Below are positions 56,612-64,000 of a stretch of 64,000 nt of DNA, one piece after another. Source of the stretch: a virus; the IMG/VR virus record IMGVR_UViG_3300025108_000015, positions 114,234-178,233 of that record. The stretch is one strand, 5' to 3'. Position 1 is the first letter of the stretch, and the number at the start of each line of letters is the position of its first letter. Below the pieces are notes generated by a model, which saw only the letters and a list, made by a program, of their open reading frames with translations, did not search any database and had not been told where the DNA came from. A program made the position numbers and the translations under genes.

Positions 56612-57391
56612 ATGTCAAATAAATTTGTAATAAAGAATGGACTTAAAGTACAATCAGGTGGTATAAACACCACTGGTGATTTATCTATTACAGGTTCATT
56701 AGTAGTAACTGGAACACTAACGGCTGAGTCTTATATAGTAAGTTCCTCTGTAACACATAAGACTACCACATTTAGTAGTGGGTCAACCCAATTTGGTGAT
56801 ACTTCTAATGATACCCATGGATTTACCGGGTCAATGGATGTAACTCAACAAATTACTACACCGGATATAAAATTAACTGGATTAAGTAATGCAGGTGTTG
56901 ATACTGATAAGTTCTTAGTATTAGACTCAAATAGTAATGTAGATTTTAGAACTGGTACTCAAGTACGTTCTGATATAGGTGCTGTAGCTATTGGTAATGA
57001 AATCCACCCAATACAATTGACAATAGATACGAAAAATTCACCTTTTGGTTATGTCGCATTTTCAGGATTATCTGATATACAATCACTCCCTAATAGAGCA
57101 TTCACTACCTTTATAGCACCATGTACTGGTTACATCGAAGATATAATTGTATCACCCGAACAAACTAATTCAGTTCAGGACGATTGTGATATTTCACTAT
57201 ATAATGGTGGTTCGCAACAATCCTCTACAAATACGGAAACGTTACAAAGTGCAGGTACTAATGTAACCTTTAACTTTGGGGCTTCAAATTACTCATTTAG
57301 TAACGGAGATAGATTGAGTCTTGAATTTGATAAAAAAACTAATACTTCTGAATTGTACAATATGATGATTGTACTTAGGTTAACAAGTTAA
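56612..57391 (+). CDS. Fibre-family virion protein
   Basis: ITGSLVVTGTLTAE..SSS..FSSGSTQFGD module plus the DTDKFLVLDSN..RTGT module shared with 54656. Confidence 0.65.
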   Translation: MSNKFVIKNGLKVQSGGINTTGDLSITGSLVVTGTLTAESYIVSSSVTHKTTTFSSGSTQFGDTSNDTHGFTGSMDVTQQITTPDIKLTGLSNAGVDTDKFLVLDSNSNVDFRTGTQVRSDIGAVAIGNEIHPIQLTIDTKNSPFGYVAFSGLSDIQSLPNRAFTTFIAPCTGYIEDIIVSPEQTNSVQDDCDISLYNGGSQQSSTNTETLQSAGTNVTFNFGASNYSFSNGDRLSLEFDKKTNTSELYNMMIVLRLTS

Positions 57392-57404
57392 GGGATAAAG
57401 TAAT

Positions 57405-60400
57405 ATGGAATTAATACACGGTTTACATAAAGATACCTTAATAGACATCAATGGGAGTCTCCAAAATATTGGTGACATACAACCGGGTGACGTAGTAAAA
57501 GGTTTTGAAATAAAAAGTGGTGTCGTAAGAGACAATAAAGTTGTTTGGGTAAAAACATCAACAATCGGCTCTTACATTGAATTCACCCTTTCAGATGGTT
57601 CTAACGTAAAATCATCAGTTGATGCTAAAATCTTAACCCTAATGGGTGAGTGGGTTTCACCAATAAATGCATTCAACAAACAAAAAGAATTACACAACGA
57701 CCTACACATTACCTCATTAAGGTATGTAGAAGAATCGTTAGATATTATAAGTATAGAGGTAGAGCCTGACCACAATTACTATGTAGGTAAATTACTATTC
57801 CACAATACGGGTCCAACTGGTCCAGCTGGTCTAAAGGGTCAAAAAGGAGAAGCTGGTAATAAAGGTGTTACTGGAGCTCAAGGACCTCAAGGTGCACAGG
57901 GTCAAAAGGGAGCTACTGGTTCACAAGGACCTGGTGGTTCTACCGGCCCAACCGGACCTCAAGGCCCAACTGGTAACAATGGTGTAACTGGTCCTAAAGG
58001 TGCAACTGGCCCAACCGGCCCCAAAGGTTCAACAGGCCCTCAAGGTGGAACAGGCCCTCAAGGTGCTAAAGGTGTAAACGGACCTACTGGTTTAACTGGC
58101 CCTCAAGGTGCTCAAGGGAATGCCGGTCCTAAAGGTCAAAAAGGAGCTACTGGCTCACAAGGTGGAACTGGTGCTACAGGTGGAAAGGGTTCCACTGGTT
58201 CAAAAGGACCACAAGGTGCTGATGGCCCTCAAGGTGCTAAAGGCCCACAAGGTGCTACTGGCCCACAAGGTGATAAAGGTCAAAAAGGTGCAACTGGCTC
58301 AACCGGTCCTCAAGGTGGAGTAGGTCCACAGGGTGGAGCAGGCCCACAAGGTGCTACTGGCCCACAAGGTGGAACTGGTCCAACAGGCCCTAAAGGTCAA
58401 AAAGGAGCTACCGGCTCACAAGGTGGAACTGGCGCAACAGGTCCTCAAGGTGCTGATGGTCCTCAAGGTGCAACTGGCCCTAAAGGTGCTACTGGCCCAC
58501 AAGGTGCTACTGGCCCACAAGGTGGAAAAGGTCAAAAAGGAGCTACCGGCTCACAAGGTGGAAAAGGTTCACAAGGTGCTAAAGGTGTAAACGGACCTAC
58601 TGGTTTAACTGGCCCTCAAGGTGCTCAAGGAAATCCCGGCCCTAAAGGTGCAACAGGAGCTACTGGCTCACAAGGTGGAACTGGTGCTCAAGGTGGAAAA
58701 GGTTCTACTGGCTCAACTGGCCCACAAGGTGCTGCTGGCCCACAAGGTGCTAAAGGCCCACAAGGTGCTACTGGCCCACAAGGTGGAAAAGGTCAAAAAG
58801 GTGCAACTGGTTCAACCGGTCCTCAAGGTGGGGTAGGTCCTCAAGGTGGAGCAGGCCCACAAGGTGCTACTGGCCCACAAGGTGATACTGGCCCAACAGG
58901 CCCTAAAGGTCAAAAAGGAGCTACCGGCTCACAAGGTGCAACTGGCCCAACAGGACCTCAAGGTGCTGATGGTCCTCAAGGTGTAACTGGCCCTCAAGGT
59001 GCTACTGGCCCTCAAGGTGCTACTGGCCCACAAGGTGGAAAGGGTCAAAAAGGAGCTACCGGCTCACAAGGTGGAAAAGGTTCACAAGGTGCTAAAGGTA
59101 TAAACGGACCTACTGGTTTAACTGGCCCTCAAGGTGCTCAAGGAAATCCTGGCCCTAAAGGTCAAAAAGGAGCTACTGGCTCACAAGGTGGAACTGGTGC
59201 TCAAGGTGGAAAAGGTTCTACTGGCTCAACTGGCCCACAAGGTGCTGCTGGCCCACAAGGTGATAAAGGTCCACAAGGTGCTACTGGCCCACAAGGTGAT
59301 AAAGGTCAAAAAGGTGGAACTGGCTCAACAGGCCCTCAAGGTGGAGTGGGTCCTCAGGGTGGAGCAGGCCCACAAGGTGCTACTGGCCCACAAGGTGATA
59401 CTGGCCCAACCGGTCCTAAAGGTCAAAAAGGAGCTACTGGCTCACAAGGTGCAACTGGTCCAACAGGACCTCAAGGTGCTGATGGTCCTCAAGGTGCAAC
59501 TGGCCCTCAAGGTGCTACTGGCCCTCAAGGTGCTACTGGCCCACAAGGTGGAAAGGGTCAAAAAGGAGCTACCGGCTCACAAGGTGGAAAAGGTTCACAA
59601 GGTGCTAAAGGTGTAAACGGACCTACTGGTTTAACTGGCCCTCAAGGTGCTCAAGGAAATCCCGGCCCTAAAGGTGCAACAGGAGCTACTGGCTCACAAG
59701 GTGGGACTGGTGCTCAAGGTGGAAAAGGTTCTACTGGCTCAACTGGCCCACAAGGTGCTGCTGGCCCACAAGGTGCTAAAGGTCCACAAGGTGCTACTGG
59801 CCCACAAGGTGATAAAGGTCAAAAAGGTGGAACTGGCTCAACAGGCCCTCAAGGTGTAGTAGGTCCTCAAGGTCAAACAGGCCCTCAAGGTGGGACAGGC
59901 CCACAAGGTGATACTGGCCCAACAGGCCCTAAAGGTCAAAAAGGAGCTACTGGCTCACAAGGTGCAACTGGCGCAACCGGTCCTCAAGGTGATACCGGCC
60001 CACAAGGTGCGGTAGGTCCAACCGGTCCAACTCAACCAAAAGGTCAAAAGGGAGCTACTGGCTCACAAGGTGCAACTGGTCCAACAGGACCTCAAGGTGC
60101 TGATGGCCCTCAAGGTGCAACTGGCCCACAAGGTGATAAAGGCCCACAAGGTGCTACTGGCCCACAAGGTGATAAAGGTCAAAAAGGTGGAACAGGCGCA
60201 GATGGTGGTAAAGGTCAACAAGGTGACCAAGGTGCTCAAGGTTTAACAGGTGGAACAGGCCCACAAGGTGACCAAGGTGCTCAAGGTGATACCGGCCCTC
60301 AAGGTGATAAAGGTCAAAAAGGTCAAACTGGCCCTCAAGGTGCTGATGGCCCTCAAGGTGCTGATGGCCCTCAAGGTGCTACTGGCCCACAAGGTGATAA

Positions 60401-61139
60401 AGGTCCTCAAGGTGTAACTGGCCCACAAGGTGATAAAGGTCAAAAAGGTCAAACCGGCCCAGATGGTGAAAAGGGTCAACAAGGTGACCAAGGTGCAACT
60501 GGTCCAACTGGTGGAACAGGCCCACAAGGTGACCAAGGTGCTCAAGGTGATACCGGCCCTCAAGGTGATAAAGGTCAAAAAGGTCAAACTGGCCCTCAAG
60601 GTGCTGATGGCCCTCAAGGTGCTGATGGCCCTCAAGGTGCTACTGGCCCACAAGGTGATAAAGGTCCTCAAGGTGTAACTGGCCCACAAGGTGATAAAGG
60701 TCAAAAAGGTCAAACCGGCTCAGATGGTGAAAAGGGTCAACAAGGTGACCAAGGTGCAACTGGTCCAACTGGTGGAACAGGCCCACAAGGTGACCAAGGT
60801 GCTCAAGGTGATACCGGCCCTCAAGGTGATAAAGGTCAAAAAGGTATAACTGGCCCTCAAGGTGTTGCTGGCCCTCAAGGTGATACTGGTTCCCAAGGTA
60901 ATGTGGGTCCTCAAGGTGATAAAGGTCAAAAAGGTCAAACTGGATTTGAAGGTGCTAAAGGTCAAAAAGGTCAAACCGGCCTACAAGGCTCTAAAGGTCA
61001 AAAAGGTATTTCTGCTCTTGGTACACTAATTAGTGGTGTATCACCTGGATTGACGTGGGATACTACAAGAGGTGTACTTAAATTTAATAATGGTGGTAGT
61101 ACTTATGTACTTCATATGTACGTAAGTGGTTCATACTAA
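57405..61139 (+). CDS. Hint-domain (intein-like, no Cys1) collagen-like fibre protein
   Basis: aa 1-134 Hint-like ([17 protein letters not shown] ... [20 protein letters not shown]|T); aa 136-1203 Gly-X-Y; 41-aa C-terminal cap. Confidence 0.85.
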   Translation: MELIHGLHKDTLIDINGSLQNIGDIQPGDVVKGFEIKSGVVRDNKVVWVKTSTIGSYIEFTLSDGSNVKSSVDAKILTLMGEWVSPINAFNKQKELHNDLHITSLRYVEESLDIISIEVEPDHNYYVGKLLFHNTGPTGPAGLKGQKGEAGNKGVTGAQGPQGAQGQKGATGSQGPGGSTGPTGPQGPTGNNGVTGPKGATGPTGPKGSTGPQGGTGPQGAKGVNGPTGLTGPQGAQGNAGPKGQKGATGSQGGTGATGGKGSTGSKGPQGADGPQGAKGPQGATGPQGDKGQKGATGSTGPQGGVGPQGGAGPQGATGPQGGTGPTGPKGQKGATGSQGGTGATGPQGADGPQGATGPKGATGPQGATGPQGGKGQKGATGSQGGKGSQGAKGVNGPTGLTGPQGAQGNPGPKGATGATGSQGGTGAQGGKGSTGSTGPQGAAGPQGAKGPQGATGPQGGKGQKGATGSTGPQGGVGPQGGAGPQGATGPQGDTGPTGPKGQKGATGSQGATGPTGPQGADGPQGVTGPQGATGPQGATGPQGGKGQKGATGSQGGKGSQGAKGINGPTGLTGPQGAQGNPGPKGQKGATGSQGGTGAQGGKGSTGSTGPQGAAGPQGDKGPQGATGPQGDKGQKGGTGSTGPQGGVGPQGGAGPQGATGPQGDTGPTGPKGQKGATGSQGATGPTGPQGADGPQGATGPQGATGPQGATGPQGGKGQKGATGSQGGKGSQGAKGVNGPTGLTGPQGAQGNPGPKGATGATGSQGGTGAQGGKGSTGSTGPQGAAGPQGAKGPQGATGPQGDKGQKGGTGSTGPQGVVGPQGQTGPQGGTGPQGDTGPTGPKGQKGATGSQGATGATGPQGDTGPQGAVGPTGPTQPKGQKGATGSQGATGPTGPQGADGPQGATGPQGDKGPQGATGPQGDKGQKGGTGADGGKGQQGDQGAQGLTGGTGPQGDQGAQGDTGPQGDKGQKGQTGPQGADGPQGADGPQGATGPQGDKGPQGVTGPQGDKGQKGQTGPDGEKGQQGDQGATGPTGGTGPQGDQGAQGDTGPQGDKGQKGQTGPQGADGPQGADGPQGATGPQGDKGPQGVTGPQGDKGQKGQTGSDGEKGQQGDQGATGPTGGTGPQGDQGAQGDTGPQGDKGQKGITGPQGVAGPQGDTGSQGNVGPQGDKGQKGQTGFEGAKGQKGQTGLQGSKGQKGISALGTLISGVSPGLTWDTTRGVLKFNNGGSTYVLHMYVSGSY
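58050..59960 (+). repeat. Higher-order 513-nt (171-aa) tandem repeat in collagen 1, about 3.7 copies
   Basis: Marker GACCTACTGGTTTAACTGGC at 58081, 58594, 59107 and 59620. Confidence 0.9.
60080..60850 (+). repeat. Higher-order 261-nt (87-aa) tandem repeat in collagen 1, about 3 copies
   Basis: Marker GATGGTG..AA.GGTCAACAAGG at 60201, 60462 and 60723. Confidence 0.85.
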
Positions 61140-61157
61140 TATAGATAAACAAGTAAT

Positions 61158-64000
61158 ATGGCAGGATTAAATACACAACTCGTAAGATTACCAAATAGTT
61201 CATCAGTTACGATTAACACTCTACAAAGTGGGTCATCAGTAAGTGGTGTTGTATTACCAGGTTTAGGTTTAAATGAACAAGACTTTAGAAATTGGTCTTC
61301 TACTGATATATCTTCAACCTCACTTGGCGTAGCCAGTGTTGTATTTGAAGCAACCCATAGTGGTAGTGTCATCGAATTCAATAGTGGTGACCTTACAGTA
61401 TCACAACATCAAAAAATCTTAATTAAAGATTCGAGTGGTTCGTATTACTTTACACCTGCTAATACTGTTAATTTAAATTCTGATTATTTAGTAAAGTACA
61501 CCGATAGTGGTATAGTTGAAGAACTAATCACTTCAGCATACGAAATACAAAACCAATCCATACATACCATTGCTATTGAAGACATTGACGTTTACTTAGC
61601 AGATGGATACATAGTTCATAATCCACCTGGATATAATATTTTCAGTTGTGACCCAGCTACCGGCTATATGTACTATGGTGATAGATTTATGCTTGATGTA
61701 GATCCTGGCCCAAACTCTTTGCTTTGTTACGAGGCTGTATTCGATGAAGTAGGTACTATTCCAGATAGAGCTCCCGACAATTGTGTATTTACAGGCAACC
61801 CTGTCGAGGAAGCTTCCTTTGGTATCGTTCTTGCAGAACAATGTGGTGATTCTCCTTTTGGCGATACGGATACTTCACCGGGTCCTGCCGGTCTAGCAGG
61901 ACAAAAGGGTCAAAAAGGTAATGATAATAAGGGGTATAAAGGTAGTACTGGTGGTCAAGGTCCTAATGGATTAGAAGGAGCAAAAGGTTCAACTGGCGCA
62001 CAAGGTCCTACTGGTGGACAAGGTCCTACTGGTCCCCAAGGTGCATCAGGTTCAACGGGACCTCAAGGGCCAAAAGGTTCAGCCGGCCCATCTCCTGGTG
62101 GTGACCAAGGTGCAACTGGCCCCACCGGTCCTCAAGGTAATTCCGGAAACCAAGGTCCTAAAGGTGTTCAAGGCCCACAAGGTGCAGTTGGTCCATCACC
62201 TGCAGGTCAAAAAGGTGCAACTGGCCCACAAGGTGCTCAAGGACCATCTGGTGGTGTCGGAGACGTTGGTGCAGCTGGTTCTAAAGGTGTTCAAGGCCCA
62301 CAAGGTGATGAAGGTGCAGTAGGTGCATCACCAAAAGGTGCTGCTGGTCAAAAGGGAGCTACTGGTTCAACCGGCCCTAAAGGTGTTCAAGGTCCTAAAG
62401 GTGTACAAGGCCCTAAAGGTGTTCAAGGTCCTAAAGGTGTAAATGGACCATCGCCAGCAGGTCAAAAAGGAGCTACCGGGTCCAAAGGAGATACTGGCCC
62501 TCAAGGCCCTAAAGGTATTCAAGGTCCTAAAGGTGTTCAAGGCCCACAAGGTGATGAAGGTGCCGTAGGTGCATCACCTAAAGGTCAAAAAGGTGAAACT
62601 GGTGCTACTGGCTCTAAAGGAGATACTGGCCCACAAGGTAATTCAGGAAATCAAGGTCCTAAAGGTGTTCAAGGCCCACAAGGTGCAGTTGGTCCATCAC
62701 CTGCAGGCCAAAAAGGTGCAACTGGCCCACAAGGTGCTGAAGGACCATCTGGTGCCAATGGTGATAAAGGTGTTCAAGGTCCTAAAGGTGTTCAAGGTGG
62801 AGTAGGTGATGAAGGTGCCGTAGGCGCATCACCTAAAGGTGCTGCTGGTCAAAAGGGAGCTACTGGTTCAACCGGCCCTAAAGGTGTTCAAGGTCCTAAA
62901 GGCGTTCAAGGCCCTAAAGGTGTTCAAGGTCCTAAAGGTAAAAATGGAGCATCACCAGCAGGTCAAAAAGGTGCTACTGGCCCTAAAGGAGATACTGGCC
63001 CTCAAGGCCCTAAAGGTATTCAAGGTCCCAAGGGTGTTCAAGGCCCACAAGGTGATGAAGGTGCAGTAGGTGCATCACCTAAAGGTCAAAAAGGTGAAAC
63101 TGGTGCTACTGGCTCTAAAGGAGATACTGGCCCACAAGGTAATTCAGGAAATCAAGGTCCTAAAGGTGTTCAAGGCCCACAAGGTGCAGTTGGTCCATCA
63201 CCTGCAGGCCAAAAAGGTGCAACTGGCCCACAAGGTGCTGAAGGACCATCTGGTGCCAATGGTGATAAAGGTGTTCAAGGTCCTAAAGGTGTTCAAGGTG
63301 GAGTAGGTGATGAAGGTGCCGTAGGCGCATCACCTAAAGGTGCTGCTGGTCAAAAGGGAGCTACTGGCCTTCAAGGTCCTGTTGGTGGTCAAGGTGAAGA
63401 TGGTGTTCAAGGCCCTAAAGGTGTTCAAGGTCCTAAAGGTGTAAATGGTCCATCACCAGCAGGTCAAAAAGGAGCTACTGGCCCTAAAGGAGATACTGGC
63501 CCTCAAGGCCCACTTGGTGACCAAGGTCCTAAAGGTATAACTGGCCCACAAGGTTCATCTGCTCCTGGTCAAAAAGGAGCTACTGGTCCTAAAGGAGATA
63601 CTGGCCCGCAAGGCCCTAAAGGTGTTCAAGGCCCTAAAGGTGTTCAAGGTGGAGTAGGTGATGAAGGTGCAGTAGGTGAATCACCTAAAGGTCAAAAAGG
63701 TGAAACGGGTGCTCAAGGACCATCGGGTATTTCAGGTGATAGTGGAAATAAAGGTATTCAAGGTTCTAAAGGTGTTCAAGGTCCTAAAGGTATAAAAGGT
63801 ATAATTGGATTATCACCTAAAGGTCAAAAAGGTGAAACTGGCGGTCAAGGTCCTAAAGGTGTTCAAGGTCCTAAAGGCGTTCAAGGCCCTAAAGGTGTTC
63901 AAGGTGGAGTAGGTGATGAAGGTGCAGTAGGTGAATCACCTAAAGGTCAAAAAGGTGAAACGGGTGCTCAAGGACCATCAGGTATTTCAGGTGATAGTGG
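61158..64000 (+). CDS. Second Hint-domain collagen-like protein, truncated at the window end and missing from the ORF track
   Basis: ATG at 61158, open to 64000; Hint-like aa 1-155 ending IHTIAIEDIDVYLADGYIVHN|P; ~86-aa domain with 4 Cys; interrupted Gly-X-Y from 61881. Confidence 0.85.
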   Translation, partial: MAGLNTQLVRLPNSSSVTINTLQSGSSVSGVVLPGLGLNEQDFRNWSSTDISSTSLGVASVVFEATHSGSVIEFNSGDLTVSQHQKILIKDSSGSYYFTPANTVNLNSDYLVKYTDSGIVEELITSAYEIQNQSIHTIAIEDIDVYLADGYIVHNPPGYNIFSCDPATGYMYYGDRFMLDVDPGPNSLLCYEAVFDEVGTIPDRAPDNCVFTGNPVEEASFGIVLAEQCGDSPFGDTDTSPGPAGLAGQKGQKGNDNKGYKGSTGGQGPNGLEGAKGSTGAQGPTGGQGPTGPQGASGSTGPQGPKGSAGPSPGGDQGATGPTGPQGNSGNQGPKGVQGPQGAVGPSPAGQKGATGPQGAQGPSGGVGDVGAAGSKGVQGPQGDEGAVGASPKGAAGQKGATGSTGPKGVQGPKGVQGPKGVQGPKGVNGPSPAGQKGATGSKGDTGPQGPKGIQGPKGVQGPQGDEGAVGASPKGQKGETGATGSKGDTGPQGNSGNQGPKGVQGPQGAVGPSPAGQKGATGPQGAEGPSGANGDKGVQGPKGVQGGVGDEGAVGASPKGAAGQKGATGSTGPKGVQGPKGVQGPKGVQGPKGKNGASPAGQKGATGPKGDTGPQGPKGIQGPKGVQGPQGDEGAVGASPKGQKGETGATGSKGDTGPQGNSGNQGPKGVQGPQGAVGPSPAGQKGATGPQGAEGPSGANGDKGVQGPKGVQGGVGDEGAVGASPKGAAGQKGATGLQGPVGGQGEDGVQGPKGVQGPKGVNGPSPAGQKGATGPKGDTGPQGPLGDQGPKGITGPQGSSAPGQKGATGPKGDTGPQGPKGVQGPKGVQGGVGDEGAVGESPKGQKGETGAQGPSGISGDSGNKGIQGSKGVQGPKGIKGIIGLSPKGQKGETGGQGPKGVQGPKGVQGPKGVQGGVGDEGAVGESPKGQKGETGAQGPSGISGDS
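62330..63400 (+). repeat. Higher-order 501-nt (167-aa) repeat in collagen 2
   Basis: GCATCACCTAAAGGTCAAAAAGGTGAAACTGG at 62571 and 63072. Confidence 0.85.

Noticed and set aside
57405-61622. Hint domains as mobile inteins or homing elements
   Set aside because: No Cys/Ser at position 1, no N-extein and no endonuclease insert; true splicing is not supported
130-62549. Many minus-strand ORFs in the track (e.g. 1752..2231, 5367..5885, 12554..12997, 43872..44108)
   Set aside because: All lie antisense to long, motif-bearing + strand genes, have biased Ser/Ile/Leu shadow composition and lack their own signals
58108-63306. Repetitive alternative-frame ORFs ([12 protein letters not shown]..., [11 protein letters not shown]...)
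   Set aside because: Frame shadows of the GGN-NNN-NNN collagen repeats; the Gly-X-Y frame is the real one
1-64000. Stop-codon reassignment, as seen in some large Bacteroidetes phages
   Set aside because: Genes are full length in the standard code, and TAG/TGA end real genes (e.g. MCP ends TAG, terminator follows)
1-64000. tRNA, rRNA, integrase, transposase or DGR reverse transcriptase
   Set aside because: No cloverleaf or T-loop signatures in the short spacers, and no ORF with the relevant catalytic motifs was recognised

Overview
A 64 kb stretch of a large, AT-rich, T4-like tailed phage genome, almost certainly with a contractile tail. All credible genes lie on the + strand in the standard code. 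The host is inferred to be a Bacteroidetes/Flavobacteriia bacterium, from TTTG-N19/20-TAnnTT(T/A)(G/A)-like promoters and a phage-encoded ribosomal protein bS21 inside the head cluster. Gene order: (1) UvsE, a membrane protein, a ClpP-like protease, an HD protein and a gp55-like late sigma factor; (2) a baseplate cluster (spike/hub-like, gp25-like, gp6-like, large wedge proteins); (3) a DNA-processing island (T7 endo I-like resolvase, primase, fused Mre11-Rad50); (4) a 1465-aa virion protein; (5) putative head-packaged polyproteins studded with [LIV]-x-E prohead-protease-type sites; (6) the head module (TerL, portal, gp21 protease, bS21, scaffold, gp23 MCP) and PhoH; (7) a family of fibre/adhesin genes; (8) two tandem genes, each with an N-terminal Hint domain lacking Cys1 fused to a giant collagen-like domain. 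One collagen is a continuous 356-triplet rod; the other is hinged every 35-44 aa and runs off the window. A TA(T/C)TTAT(A/T) motif precedes 16 transcription units and is a likely late promoter. Leading candidates for undescribed biology: self-cleaving Hint-capped collagen fibres, ESVNE-delimited cassette polyproteins (and a predicted head-packaged HIGH-nucleotidyltransferase/RNA-ligase-like fusion), a bS21/Shine-Dalgarno translational switch, and a three-way-junction RNA leader at 54590-54647. All functional calls come from visual motif recognition; no database searches were run.
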